From NCBI GenBank assembly GCA_045863855.1, contig BTVV01000008.1:1-64000 (forward strand): DNA of 64,000 nucleotides, read 5' to 3'. The notes below the pieces were generated by a model. That model did not search any database. It had not been told where the DNA came from and saw only the letters and a list, made by a program, of their open reading frames with translations. Position 1 is the first letter of the stretch. Each line of letters begins with the position of its first letter. Made by a program: the position numbers and the translations under genes. This document shows positions 29,092 through 38,801 of the stretch, one piece after another. The DNA is from Planctomycetota bacterium. GTDB taxonomy: Bacteria; Planctomycetota; SZUA-567; H5-PLA8.

Positions 29092-30576
29092 CTACCGGCG
29101 CCAACCCGTCAGGTCGAAGCCGTAGCGGTTGATTTTTCGGTAGAGCGTAGCGGTGCCGATGCCCAATTTTTCGGACGCCGCTTGCACGTCGCCTTTCAGC
29201 ACTTCCAGCGCACGTTCGATCAAGCGCCGCTCTTCCTCTTCCAAGGTTCGGATTTCGCCTTCGGCCTGTTCGAATTGAACGGAGCCGGCGGCGGGGCCCG
29301 CGCCGGCCGCAGCGGACATGGCGAGCGGTTTGGCGGGGGGCGGTTCGGCCGCTCGGGCTTCCGGCGCTTCGGGCGGAATCGTGCCGCCCTCGGCGCGAAC
29401 GGCCTGGACCAGATCGTCGGGCCAGTCGTTCAAGCGCACGAGTCCGTCCTCGCAGAGCAGCACGGCGCGTTCCATGGCGTTGCGCAGTTCGCGCACGTTG
29501 CCGGGCCAGCGATGCTGGCGCAGGACCGCCGCCGCGGCGCGGGACAGGCCGCGGAACCGTTTGCCTTGGCGAGCCGAGTATTCGAGCCCGAAGCGCTCTG
29601 CCAGACCCAACACGTCGTCCCCGCGTTCGCACAGAGCCGGCAGCGAAAGCCGGAAAACGGCGAGGCGGTAGAAAAGGTCCTCGCGGAACTGCCCCTCCGC
29701 GATGCGCGCTTTCAAATCCTGGTGCGTGGCCGAAACCACGCGTACGTCGAAGGCGGTGGCGCGCGTCGCGCCGATGCGCCGGACTTCTTTGCTCTCGAGC
29801 GCGCGCAGAAGCCTGACTTGCAGGTCCGCGCGCATGTCGCCGATCTCGTCGAGGAAGAGGGTGCCTTGGTGGGCTTGTTCGAAGCAGCCCGGGTGGGCGT
29901 TGATCGCGCCGGTGAACGAGCCCTTCTCGTGCCCGAAGAGTTCGCTTTCGAGCATGGTGTCGGGAATCGCACCGCAATTGATCGCGACGAACGGCCCCTG
30001 TGCGCGCGCGCCGCGCATATGCAGGGCGCGCGCGACGAGTTCCTTGCCGGTCCCGCTGGGGCCTTCGATCAGCACACTGATATCGCTTCGCTCCAGGGTG
30101 CGGAGCTGGTCGAAGACTTTTTGCATCGCCGGACTTTCGCCGTAGAGCCGGTCGTAGGCCGCTGCCGAGGCGCCGCGTCCTTCGAGTTCCTCGACGCGCT
30201 CCTCTAGCGCGCGAACATGCAACGCGTTGGCGACGGTGGTCAGCATGCGCGGCGCTTCGCAGGGCTTGGGCAGGAAATCGGAGGCGCCGCGTTTCATGCA
30301 GCGCACGGCCAGATCGAGCTCTTTGCTCGCCGTAAAGACCACCACTGGCAGGTGCGGCTGCGCGGCCTTAATTTTGAGCAGCACCGCCTCGCCACCCATT
30401 TCGGGAATGACGATATCGAGCAGCACCAAGTCGAACGGCTCCCGCTGGGCCCGCGCTTCGCCTTCTTCGGCGGTGGACGCTTCGGCGCAAGTGTAGCCGG
30501 CGCCTTCCAAGGTAGCGCGCGCCATGGCGCGCACCATCGGGTCGTCGTCAACGATCAGGATCTGCCGGTTGCTCAT
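29092..30576 (-). CDS. Sigma-54-dependent response regulator (NtrC family)
   Basis: REC domain, GPSGTGKE, ESELFGHEKGSFTGA, FLDEIG, WPGNVREL, Fis-type HTH. Confidence 0.95.
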   Translation of the reverse strand: MSNRQILIVDDDPMVRAMARATLEGAGYTCAEASTAEEGEARAQREPFDLVLLDIVIPEMGGEAVLLKIKAAQPHLPVVVFTASKELDLAVRCMKRGASDFLPKPCEAPRMLTTVANALHVRALEERVEELEGRGASAAAYDRLYGESPAMQKVFDQLRTLERSDISVLIEGPSGTGKELVARALHMRGARAQGPFVAINCGAIPDTMLESELFGHEKGSFTGAINAHPGCFEQAHQGTLFLDEIGDMRADLQVRLLRALESKEVRRIGATRATAFDVRVVSATHQDLKARIAEGQFREDLFYRLAVFRLSLPALCERGDDVLGLAERFGLEYSARQGKRFRGLSRAAAAVLRQHRWPGNVRELRNAMERAVLLCEDGLVRLNDWPDDLVQAVRAEGGTIPPEAPEARAAEPPPAKPLAMSAAAGAGPAAGSVQFEQAEGEIRTLEEEERRLIERALEVLKGDVQAASEKLGIGTATLYRKINRYGFDLTGWRR

Positions 30577-30669
30577 TTCAAATGTTCCGTATATTTAGCT
30601 ATTAATGCCGCATCGCGAGACTTTAAACCACTGCTATAGTTTCGTCCACGGGCAACGAGTGACTCTGCC

Positions 30670-31047
30670 ATGAAAACAGATGCAAGCGAGCGGCCGAGCG
30701 AATTGGATCCGGCGGCGCTGGCTCAACTGGAATCCGCCGGGGGCGGAGCTTTCGTGCGCACGATGCTCGGTATGTTTTTGGAACTGACGCCCGAACGTCT
30801 GGCTCAACTGAATGCTGCCTGGCGTTCTGGGAACCGGGAAGAGGCAGAACGGCATGCGCATTCGCTCAAGACCGGCGCCGCGATGCTGGGAGCGCCGGAA
30901 TTACGCGCACTTGCCGAGGCCGCCGAGCGGCATGCTGCAGAGGGCCGCATGTCGGAGGCTGCGGCGTTAGGGCCGAAGATGAATGCGGTATTCCAGGCGC
31001 TGGAGCCGGTTATCAAGGAACGGATGGCGCAGTACCCAAAGGAGTGA
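30670..31047 (+). CDS. Stand-alone Hpt phosphotransfer protein
   Basis: AHSLKTGAAMLGA motif. Confidence 0.88.
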   Translation: MKTDASERPSELDPAALAQLESAGGGAFVRTMLGMFLELTPERLAQLNAAWRSGNREEAERHAHSLKTGAAMLGAPELRALAEAAERHAAEGRMSEAAALGPKMNAVFQALEPVIKERMAQYPKE

Positions 31048-31869
31048 TTACGGATTGGGTGAAGGCTTGGCCCGCCTCCCCCAAGCGCCATCGATCGTCC
31101 GAATCAAGGCTTCGTATGCGTGCGCCGTTTTTGTCGCGCCCGAAACGGCATCCACCGAAATGGGGCGCGCCGGTTCGCCCGGCCTCAGCAAGCTCTTAGA
31201 AAATTCGGCTGCCGCTTCCTCGCCGAGTGCTTTTCCGTAGCGCTCCAGCGGAAGCAAGTGCCGGATACGCAAGAGCGGGCCGCCATTGGGACGGTAGGCG
31301 GCCAGGAATTGAACATCGTTGCAGACCGGGCAGCTTATGGCCCGAAACGCTTCGGCCACGTAGCCCACCATTTTTTCGCCTACCCGTACGGAGTAGAGTT
31401 GTACGGCGCCTTCGGCGATTGACTCCGGTTCTCCGAGGCTCGCCTCGGCTCCAAATACCTCACGCGCGAAGGGGAGGGGATCCGCCTCCTTCCGGCCTTT
31501 GGCCGCGCCGTGCGAAAGCATTCTCGCCAAAGCGGAATCCAAGTAACGCTCTGCGTCGCGACGCTCGCCCGTGCTGGTCAAGGCGAATGCGCCCAGAATC
31601 ACGGTCAGATCGCCGGGCTTAATCTTCAGGCGCTCTTCATCCGTGCGGAGCTTGCGGTACCCTTCGGGCGTATCGATTGCGACGTACGCGGGTTTGGCGC
31701 GCGGATGCTTGGCGAAGGCGGCTTCGAGCGCGGCTTTCGCTTCGGTCCAGTGCGGATCGTCGGCCGAATAATAGACCGTGGCATCCAGCGCCGGTTCTTC
31801 GGCGCCCGCAGCCGCCGCAAGCAAGTATGCGGCAAGACTCCAACGAACGACCAACCGCATTCGTTTCAT
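31048..31869 (-). CDS. Secreted protein with C-terminal FMN-binding (flavinylation) motif
   Basis: Signal peptide; CPVC; VDAVSGATKT. Confidence 0.6.
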   Translation of the reverse strand: MKRMRLVVRWSLAAYLLAAAAGAEEPALDATVYYSADDPHWTEAKAALEAAFAKHPRAKPAYVAIDTPEGYRKLRTDEERLKIKPGDLTVILGAFALTSTGERRDAERYLDSALARMLSHGAAKGRKEADPLPFAREVFGAEASLGEPESIAEGAVQLYSVRVGEKMVGYVAEAFRAISCPVCNDVQFLAAYRPNGGPLLRIRHLLPLERYGKALGEEAAAEFSKSLLRPGEPARPISVDAVSGATKTAHAYEALIRTIDGAWGRRAKPSPNP

Positions 31870-31873
31870 CCTC

Positions 31874-34387
31874 TTAGTGCGGAATGCCCAAGGCGTGCAT
31901 GCGTCTGTGAATGGCATCGATGGCCTGCCGGAAGGGTTCTTCCAGGAATTTCAGGTGATCGTCGCGGTGGTGGTGGTGCGTGACCGACCCCGGTTCGTGC
32001 TGGCGGGAGCGTTCGTGGATGTAATCGATACCGCCCTTGAGCAACGTGAGCATGTAATTGGCCGCACCCTGGTCGAACATCCACCATTCGCCACCCACCG
32101 CCAGGTAGATCGGCGACGTATGGGCCATCAGATTACGCTTCCAGCCGTCGTGATGCTTTCGGCTCTCCCAATAATTCGGCCCCGCGCAGCGCGCGGCGAT
32201 CCAGCAATGCTTGTCTACCTTGAGACGCTCGCGCAACGTCAAGCTTCGCACGCCTTTGGGATCTTCGGTGCGCGCCACGACCTCGCCGTTGAGCACCAAT
32301 TCCAGCGACTGGAACGGGAGAATGCTGCGCGCCGACGCTTCGACTTCCACCGTGCCGCCGTTACCGGGAAGCCGGATCGTGCTCCCGATCGGCTGCCCGT
32401 TAGCCGTGAACGAGAGCAGCGGCCCGCCGCTATGGAACGTGTTTCCGCCGCGCAGCGCGCGGCACCAAGTTTCGTAGGTGAAGGGCTGGTCGTTGGGAAT
32501 GTGGACGTACGTGCGATAGATCCCGACGGGCACGTCGGCGCTCATCTTGTCCGTACCGCCTACGAGCGGCAACTTGTAGCCGCAATTCAGGTAGCGGTAG
32601 TATTCCAGATGCCCGTATGGGTCCTGGCGTAAAAATTCCGCGGCGTCGGCGCGGCCGGTGGCGATCAGCGCGGCCGGTTCGCAATTGGGATTGGGAATGT
32701 GCGGAATGATCACCGTGCCGCCCTGCGCATGGCAGGCGTCGGCCCAGCGCGAGAGGGTGGTCTCCAGGTTCCCGCCCAGTTCCGCTTCGCCCGGTCCATC
32801 GCTGCACCACGGCATCACCTGCTCTTTCAAGCCCAGCAGCGTCAAGTGCCCCAGCAGATGCTGGCGGTTCTCCTGAGTCGCGTAGACGATCGTCTCGCCA
32901 CCGTGATCGACGCTGGGCCGGCCCGTGAATTCCTCGGTATTCGTGAACAGGTGCCCCCACTGCGAGAGCAGCAAGTTGACGACGTTCAGGCCTTCGCCCG
33001 CGGCTTCCAGGTGTGCGCCCTGCGTACTTAGGAAGTGGACGTGCGTATCGCCGCTGAAGTAGCGCTCCTTGTTCAGGTCGGCGAATCGCTTGAGCTTCAA
33101 AACCAGCTCGGTCTGCCCGGGCTTGATTTCGATTTTTTCGCGCAGCGGCTCGTACTCGAATCCGCGCGCGACATCGACGATGACGTCGCCGCGCGGAAGC
33201 CAGCCTTCGCAGGTCCCGTCGATGTAGGCGTAACTGATCTGGCCGAGGCGCACGTCGCCGCCGATATCGACGTGCCAAGTGCCTTGATCGGAGTTGACGT
33301 GCGCGTGATGCCCGTGCGGCGCGTAGGGTATTCCGTCTTTGCTTCGAAAATGAATGCGACACGGAATCGCTTTGCCGGACTCGGCGTCCACCACCTTCGT
33401 GCGCACCCAGTTGCGACCTTCGTCCACCAGGATGAGCTGCACGCGCTTGTTGGGGCTCACGCGTTTCTTCTTTTCCAGGTCGTGCCATTTGGCCGAGCCC
33501 AGCTTTTTGCCGTCCTGCTTAACCGTCACCGTGGCCGATGGCGTGGCCGCGATTTCCACGTACGCCGGGCTGGCCTTGGCGTTGGGTTCTTCGCCCCAGC
33601 CTTTGAACGCATCGTTCAAGAATCCTTGCGCGGGGTCGCGCGGGAGCGGGTATGGGTAGGTCGCTACGCCGCGGTCGACCTCCACCTCCAGCGCGAAGGC
33701 GCGGTCCGCATCCTTCTTGTTGGGCAGCACGATCTTTACTTCCCGTTTCGCCTGCCGGACGAACGGGTGTTCGTCGAGGTGTCCCAGCGTGATCGCGCCG
33801 ATGTAGAAGCGCGGCCCCGCCGCTTCTACGGTGAGGCTCGCGAGTTTCTTTTTCGGATGCGGATTGCGCCACGGCCAAAGGTAAAAGTGCTGCGGGCTGG
33901 AGCCGTAGGTTTCGGTCTGGCGGGTGCCGGCGTGGCCCCAGGGTCCCGTGTGGCGCGCGTGCAGGCCGTCGGCATGGTCGGGGTAGGCCATGAAAGCGAG
34001 TTGCCCCCACGGACAGGGCACGATTCCGATCTCGAAACGCTCGCGAACCGGTGCCCGCACGTGCGAACCGTCGGCATAGGTAAAAACGTAGGTGGCCACC
34101 AGCCGTCCAACCGGATCGCCCTGGTCGATCTTCGAATCCAGCAGGCAGTGCGCGACGATCACGGAGGCAGCCGCGCGCTTCAGGGGAATCTCCAGCCTTT
34201 CCGCGAGCGAGCCTCCGCCGAAGGCGATCAAAGCAGCGCCGGTGCGCTTGCTTCGTGCGCCGAGCAGGAAGGGGAGGCCGTGCCACGACTGCGGCCCAAG
34301 CGGAAGACGTCCGCCCGGGACGAGCTTGGCGCCTGCGTTGGCGTACCTGGAGAGATCGAGCGCGCGATAATCGGGCATGGCGGGCAT
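31874..34387 (-). CDS. CehA/McbA-family (PHP-like) metallohydrolase
   Basis: SGDTHVH, QENRQH, YYRYLNCG, GGTDKM, AHTSPIY. Confidence 0.85.
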   Translation of the reverse strand: MPAMPDYRALDLSRYANAGAKLVPGGRLPLGPQSWHGLPFLLGARSKRTGAALIAFGGGSLAERLEIPLKRAAASVIVAHCLLDSKIDQGDPVGRLVATYVFTYADGSHVRAPVRERFEIGIVPCPWGQLAFMAYPDHADGLHARHTGPWGHAGTRQTETYGSSPQHFYLWPWRNPHPKKKLASLTVEAAGPRFYIGAITLGHLDEHPFVRQAKREVKIVLPNKKDADRAFALEVEVDRGVATYPYPLPRDPAQGFLNDAFKGWGEEPNAKASPAYVEIAATPSATVTVKQDGKKLGSAKWHDLEKKKRVSPNKRVQLILVDEGRNWVRTKVVDAESGKAIPCRIHFRSKDGIPYAPHGHHAHVNSDQGTWHVDIGGDVRLGQISYAYIDGTCEGWLPRGDVIVDVARGFEYEPLREKIEIKPGQTELVLKLKRFADLNKERYFSGDTHVHFLSTQGAHLEAAGEGLNVVNLLLSQWGHLFTNTEEFTGRPSVDHGGETIVYATQENRQHLLGHLTLLGLKEQVMPWCSDGPGEAELGGNLETTLSRWADACHAQGGTVIIPHIPNPNCEPAALIATGRADAAEFLRQDPYGHLEYYRYLNCGYKLPLVGGTDKMSADVPVGIYRTYVHIPNDQPFTYETWCRALRGGNTFHSGGPLLSFTANGQPIGSTIRLPGNGGTVEVEASARSILPFQSLELVLNGEVVARTEDPKGVRSLTLRERLKVDKHCWIAARCAGPNYWESRKHHDGWKRNLMAHTSPIYLAVGGEWWMFDQGAANYMLTLLKGGIDYIHERSRQHEPGSVTHHHHRDDHLKFLEEPFRQAIDAIHRRMHALGIPH

Positions 34388-34446
34388 CCTCGCGATAAGG
34401 GGGGCAAGGGATGCTTCAGGCTAACGCCAAGCGGCGCGCAATCCAG

Positions 34447-37400
34447 TCAGGGCTTGGCCGCCAGACACAGCACGCGGCCGTCCTCGGTGGCGAGGTACAA
34501 CCGCCCGTTCGCGGCGGCCATGCCGTCCCAACGGACGGCGGCGGGCAAGACCATCTCGGCGAGCTGCGTGCCGTCGGCCGTGCCGTGGATGCGCAGGACG
34601 CTGCCGCCGTCCGGCTTGGGGAAGGTGTCGTAAGCGACGTAGAGGCGCGCGCCGGCTCCGGCTAGTGCGCGCAGCGTGGTGTACGAACGCTGCGGATCGT
34701 GCTGCCAGATCGGCGCGTCGGTCTTAGGCTGCCCGAAAAGCCCCAACGTCCTGTGCTTGCTCGCGAAGGTGCGCCACGCGCCGTAGACCTCGCCCGGCCG
34801 AAAGACCAGCAGGTCGCCCACGTAACCGTGCGTGGCGCCCAATTGGAATGCGCTCTTCTCGTTGGACGAATGGGGATATTGGTAGCCGGTCTGATTGGGA
34901 TGGTAATACCAGATACGGCGCGACTCGGTGTGGTTGTCGCTCGCCACGGCCCGGTCGCGCACGTCCACCAGCATACCGCCTTCTGCCGCCAGGATCGGCC
35001 CCTTGGGCTGTTTGTTTTGTTCGTTGAAAAGCTGCGGCGCGGGCTTGCCTTCCGCGAGATCGAAGCCGTACTTCATCTGGCAACCGTCCCACGTACCGCC
35101 CAATCCTGTCAGGTACACGTGCTTGCCGTCGCTGCATGGGATGCCGTTGGTGAGCGGCCAAGTGTGCTTATCGCCCGAACTTCCTGCGCCCAGCGCCGTG
35201 CGCTGCCAGACGGGCTTTCCTGTTTGAAGGTTCAAGGCCAGATAGCGCAGGCCTCCGTCCAGATTGCCGTGGTGTCCGGCCGTCGCGTAGACCATTCCGT
35301 TTTCGACCAGGACGCTTCCGGCCACCGGCCACGCCGATTGCAGGCGCTCGCGCACGACGATCTTTCGTTCGTTCAAGGCCGCTAAGTAGCGCCACGCAAG
35401 CCGGCCGTCGCGGGCATCCAGCGCATACACCCAGCCGTCGGTGCAGCCGAATATCGCGTGGCCTTCCGCGAAGGTTGGCGGGCTGTCGATCGGACCGCCG
35501 GTCGTGAAGGTCCAGCGCGGCTTCCCGCTCGCCGCATCCAGCGCGATCACGCGATGCGTTTCGGGATCGGCCACGCAAACGAGCCCGTACCCGGCGCTGG
35601 GCGCCGTTGCGTGCTTGCCTACCTGGGCATCCCACGCCAGCGCGAGCGTCTCCGGAAGATCCGCGTCGATCATGCCGCCGCGCAGCGCATTGCCGCGGTA
35701 GGTCGGCCAGTCGCTGGGCTGAAGCGCCTGATTTTCGACTTGGCCATAAGCCGGTCCCGTCTCGAGGCTCCAAACCTCGGGCGTGGGCTCGTCCTTGAAA
35801 CCCGGCGCATGCGAAGCGATGGCCATTTCGCCGCGGATCATCGAAGCGCACGTACACTGGTGGCGCACGAAATACGAGAGTCCGTTCACGAGGTAGACGC
35901 CGCCGAAGCTGCAAGCCGCACGCGAAAACGTATAGCCGCTCACTTTTCCGGTTTCACGTTCGATATACCCCAAGCGTCCGGCGACGATGACTTTATCGTT
36001 CGTCAGGCTCTGCCCGCAGGTGCCGCGGTATATCCCATCTTGTTTGATCTGTTTCGTGACGGCGCCGGTCTGCGGATCGAAGCCGTTCAAACCGTTCCAG
36101 AGCAGTTTTCCGTCCGACGTCAGCGTGCCGAGTCCGCCGCCTTCCGATGTGAAGCGGTACGCGCCATCGGACGCCGAGTACACCAGGAACGCGGCGGCAT
36201 TGCCGGCCTTGCGCCCCACCTTTACGACCACCGCGCCATCCAAGTATTGAAGGAGGCTTAATCGAGCTACCGGATTGGCGTGCTCCGGAATCTGCGGCGT
36301 GACGCTCCACAATGGCTTGGCGTCGGCCAGGGCGTACGCGGCAAGCGTGTTGGGCTTCTCGCCGGCAAAATAGCCCGACCAGACGAAGACCTTTCCGTCG
36401 CCGATCGCGAAATCGGTTTCGCTTTGCGGCGCGGGAATTTTCCACGCCGGACTTCCGTCTTTGGTGTGTATCGCTTGAATGGCTTTCTTTGGCGCCAGTC
36501 GTAACAACAGCCCGCCGGCCGCCAGCATGGTCTCGGTCCAGCCGCCTTCCGAAGGCGCGGTCCAAACGTCATTCCCGCTCGCCAGATCGATGGCCAGCAC
36601 GTTCTGGGCGAGCGGCACGTAGACGCGTTCGAGGTCGCAGACGGCGCCGGGCATCGCCCAATGCCAGGCGCGTTGCGGATGGGAAATCACCCGCCGCCAG
36701 CGCAGCAGGCCGTTGTAGGCGTCGCGGCAGGTCAGCACGCCGCCCGCCTCTTTACCCAAGCCGTCGGCGGCTTCGGGGCGGTTCATGTACAGCGCATACC
36801 CGTTCGCAGTGGTGAAGCCCGAAGCGGTCCGGCCGAAACTTCCGGCGAAATGGCGGTCGGCGATCCAACGAACCTGATCGGGCATACCGGCCAGACCATC
36901 GCGCGAACGATTGCTGCGTGCGCCGTCCTTATACGGTTGCATCCAGTCGTCCATCGCCGCCGGACGCGCGCGCTCGATCCGCACCCACGAGCCGAAGCGC
37001 TCGATCTTCAAGCCCTCCTCGGAGGGCGCCGCGGCACGCACGGTATCCGCGTCCAGCCCTTTCAGGAAAGCCAAACCCAAGGGTGCAAGTACGCGCACGA
37101 TTTCGGGCACCGTGAGATTCCGCTTCGCCGCGGCGGGGAAGTCCTCGCAGACAAGGGCGTTGACCAAGCGATCGGCGTACGGCAGCCGGCCTCCGCGCCA
37201 CCGCTCGCCGGAAACCGCTCCCTTTACACCGGTCAGTGCCCAAGCTTCGCGATGTGTGTCCAGTACGGCCGAATCGGCGTATAGCGCATGAACCAGATTT
37301 TTGCCCGCCAGCGCGGTCCCCGTCGCCGCATCGCGCGGTTCGATCAGCACCCATAAGCCCGTACGCACGCCGGGCGCTTCCGTCCAAGCAGCCGGCGGCT

Positions 37401-37485
37401 CTTCCGACCGCAGGGAGAATTGCGCCGTGGCGGCGAGCGCCAGCAAGAAAAGCACGAGGCTGCGCATGCGAAAACGCTCCTTCAT
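34447..37485 (-). CDS. Secreted PQQ-binding-like beta-propeller protein
   Basis: Signal peptide; repeated A.DA..G...W motifs; DWPTYRGN; SAWPVAGSVLV; ATGA overlap with lacI. Confidence 0.82.
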   Translation of the reverse strand: MKERFRMRSLVLFLLALAATAQFSLRSEEPPAAWTEAPGVRTGLWVLIEPRDAATGTALAGKNLVHALYADSAVLDTHREAWALTGVKGAVSGERWRGGRLPYADRLVNALVCEDFPAAAKRNLTVPEIVRVLAPLGLAFLKGLDADTVRAAAPSEEGLKIERFGSWVRIERARPAAMDDWMQPYKDGARSNRSRDGLAGMPDQVRWIADRHFAGSFGRTASGFTTANGYALYMNRPEAADGLGKEAGGVLTCRDAYNGLLRWRRVISHPQRAWHWAMPGAVCDLERVYVPLAQNVLAIDLASGNDVWTAPSEGGWTETMLAAGGLLLRLAPKKAIQAIHTKDGSPAWKIPAPQSETDFAIGDGKVFVWSGYFAGEKPNTLAAYALADAKPLWSVTPQIPEHANPVARLSLLQYLDGAVVVKVGRKAGNAAAFLVYSASDGAYRFTSEGGGLGTLTSDGKLLWNGLNGFDPQTGAVTKQIKQDGIYRGTCGQSLTNDKVIVAGRLGYIERETGKVSGYTFSRAACSFGGVYLVNGLSYFVRHQCTCASMIRGEMAIASHAPGFKDEPTPEVWSLETGPAYGQVENQALQPSDWPTYRGNALRGGMIDADLPETLALAWDAQVGKHATAPSAGYGLVCVADPETHRVIALDAASGKPRWTFTTGGPIDSPPTFAEGHAIFGCTDGWVYALDARDGRLAWRYLAALNERKIVVRERLQSAWPVAGSVLVENGMVYATAGHHGNLDGGLRYLALNLQTGKPVWQRTALGAGSSGDKHTWPLTNGIPCSDGKHVYLTGLGGTWDGCQMKYGFDLAEGKPAPQLFNEQNKQPKGPILAAEGGMLVDVRDRAVASDNHTESRRIWYYHPNQTGYQYPHSSNEKSAFQLGATHGYVGDLLVFRPGEVYGAWRTFASKHRTLGLFGQPKTDAPIWQHDPQRSYTTLRALAGAGARLYVAYDTFPKPDGGSVLRIHGTADGTQLAEMVLPAAVRWDGMAAANGRLYLATEDGRVLCLAAKP

Positions 37486-38561
37486 GGGCGCACCGGTCCG
37501 GTACTCGAGCGGATTACCAGCTTGGCGGGCACCCGTTCCACGGAGGGCAGGCTCTTGGAGGCTCCGCGCGGAACCGGAATGCGTTGCAGCGCCATGCGCG
37601 CCGCTCGCCGTCCGACTTCCACCAATTCCAGGCTTACCGTGGTCAGCGGCGGTTGGCCGAAGCAGGCAAAGAGATCGTCGAAGCCCGCGACAGAAATATC
37701 CTGCGGCACCCGTCGGCCTCTTTCTTGAAGCGCCGAGCAAAGCCCCATCGCCAGCGCATCGTTGTAGCAGATTACGAAGGTCGCGGCGCCTAACCCGGGC
37801 AGCGCGGCGCGTGCCGCCTGACGTATGTATTCCATGCTGGAGGCCAGGTCACGAGCCCCCTGTTCGGGAGGTGCGTGCAGCCGCCGTTCAAACAGCCGCA
37901 GTCCGGACTGTTGGGCCAGCCCAGCCAACGACGCCCAACGGTCCGGCGCAATCTCCAACCTGCGCGCGTCTGCGTAGCTCAGCCAGACCGCTTCGCGATG
38001 TCCCAGTTCTCGCGCGTGCCGGATCAAGTCGCGTAATCCAGGCGTCTCGTCCAAGCTCGCGTAGGGCAGCCCGGTATTCCAGCGGTCGTCCCACAGGAGA
38101 ACCATGGGAATGGACAGCGCGGAGAGATCGAATTCCCTCAGCGCATACTTTGCGCCGGGGGCGATCAGAGCATCCACGCGTCCGTCCAGCGCCAGTTCCA
38201 GGCCTCGCGCCATGATTGGATGCTGCTGCGTAGGGCCTAGAGTCAGCAAGCCTAACCCTTCGTCACGCGTTTGCAGTTCGACTCCTTCCACCAACTTGCG
38301 AAGCCAAACTTGGGCTCCTTCGTGTGGAGTAGGGGGATCCAGAAGCAACCCCAGCGCGCGGGAGCGCCCCGACTTCAGTGCCTGCGCGTGATAGTTGGCC
38401 CGGTAGCCCAGGCGGCGCGCCACTTCGAGCACTTGGCGTCGCCGCGAATCGCTCACCATGGCGCTGCTGCGCGCATGATTCAATACCTTGGAAGCAATGG
38501 TGATCGAGCATCGCGCTTCTAAGGCGATCTGCTTTAGGGTGATGCGAGAATGTTCGGCCAT
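37482..38561 (-). CDS. LacI-family transcriptional regulator
   Basis: ITLKQIALEARCSITIASKVLN HTH; VPQDISVAGFDD; PPLTTV. Confidence 0.93.
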   Translation of the reverse strand: MAEHSRITLKQIALEARCSITIASKVLNHARSSAMVSDSRRRQVLEVARRLGYRANYHAQALKSGRSRALGLLLDPPTPHEGAQVWLRKLVEGVELQTRDEGLGLLTLGPTQQHPIMARGLELALDGRVDALIAPGAKYALREFDLSALSIPMVLLWDDRWNTGLPYASLDETPGLRDLIRHARELGHREAVWLSYADARRLEIAPDRWASLAGLAQQSGLRLFERRLHAPPEQGARDLASSMEYIRQAARAALPGLGAATFVICYNDALAMGLCSALQERGRRVPQDISVAGFDDLFACFGQPPLTTVSLELVEVGRRAARMALQRIPVPRGASKSLPSVERVPAKLVIRSSTGPVRP

Positions 38562-38612
38562 GGCGTTCGCTCCGTATGGTCGCTTACACGGCTGCTATTC
38601 GAGTTGCAGTAG

Positions 38613-38648
38613 ATTAAACATTTAATTAAGCCGTATTTAACGATTAAT
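38613..38648. promoter_or_regulatory. Two putative LacI-type operators
   Basis: ATTAAACATTTAAT (38613-38626) and ATTTAACGATTAAT (38635-38648), near-palindromes with starts 22 bp apart. Confidence 0.6.
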
Positions 38649-38801
38649 GCTCATGTGCAGTGCGCACGCGATCGGTGGATTTTTGGCCTTCAGGAACGAG
38701 GCTCGTTCTGCCGATTCCCTCTAGGTGCACTCGGTGTTTTCGATGTGAAGCGAATCGGCTTGCCGCCGTGCCGGATGGCGACGGGACTTGGGGGTTCAGC
38801 G

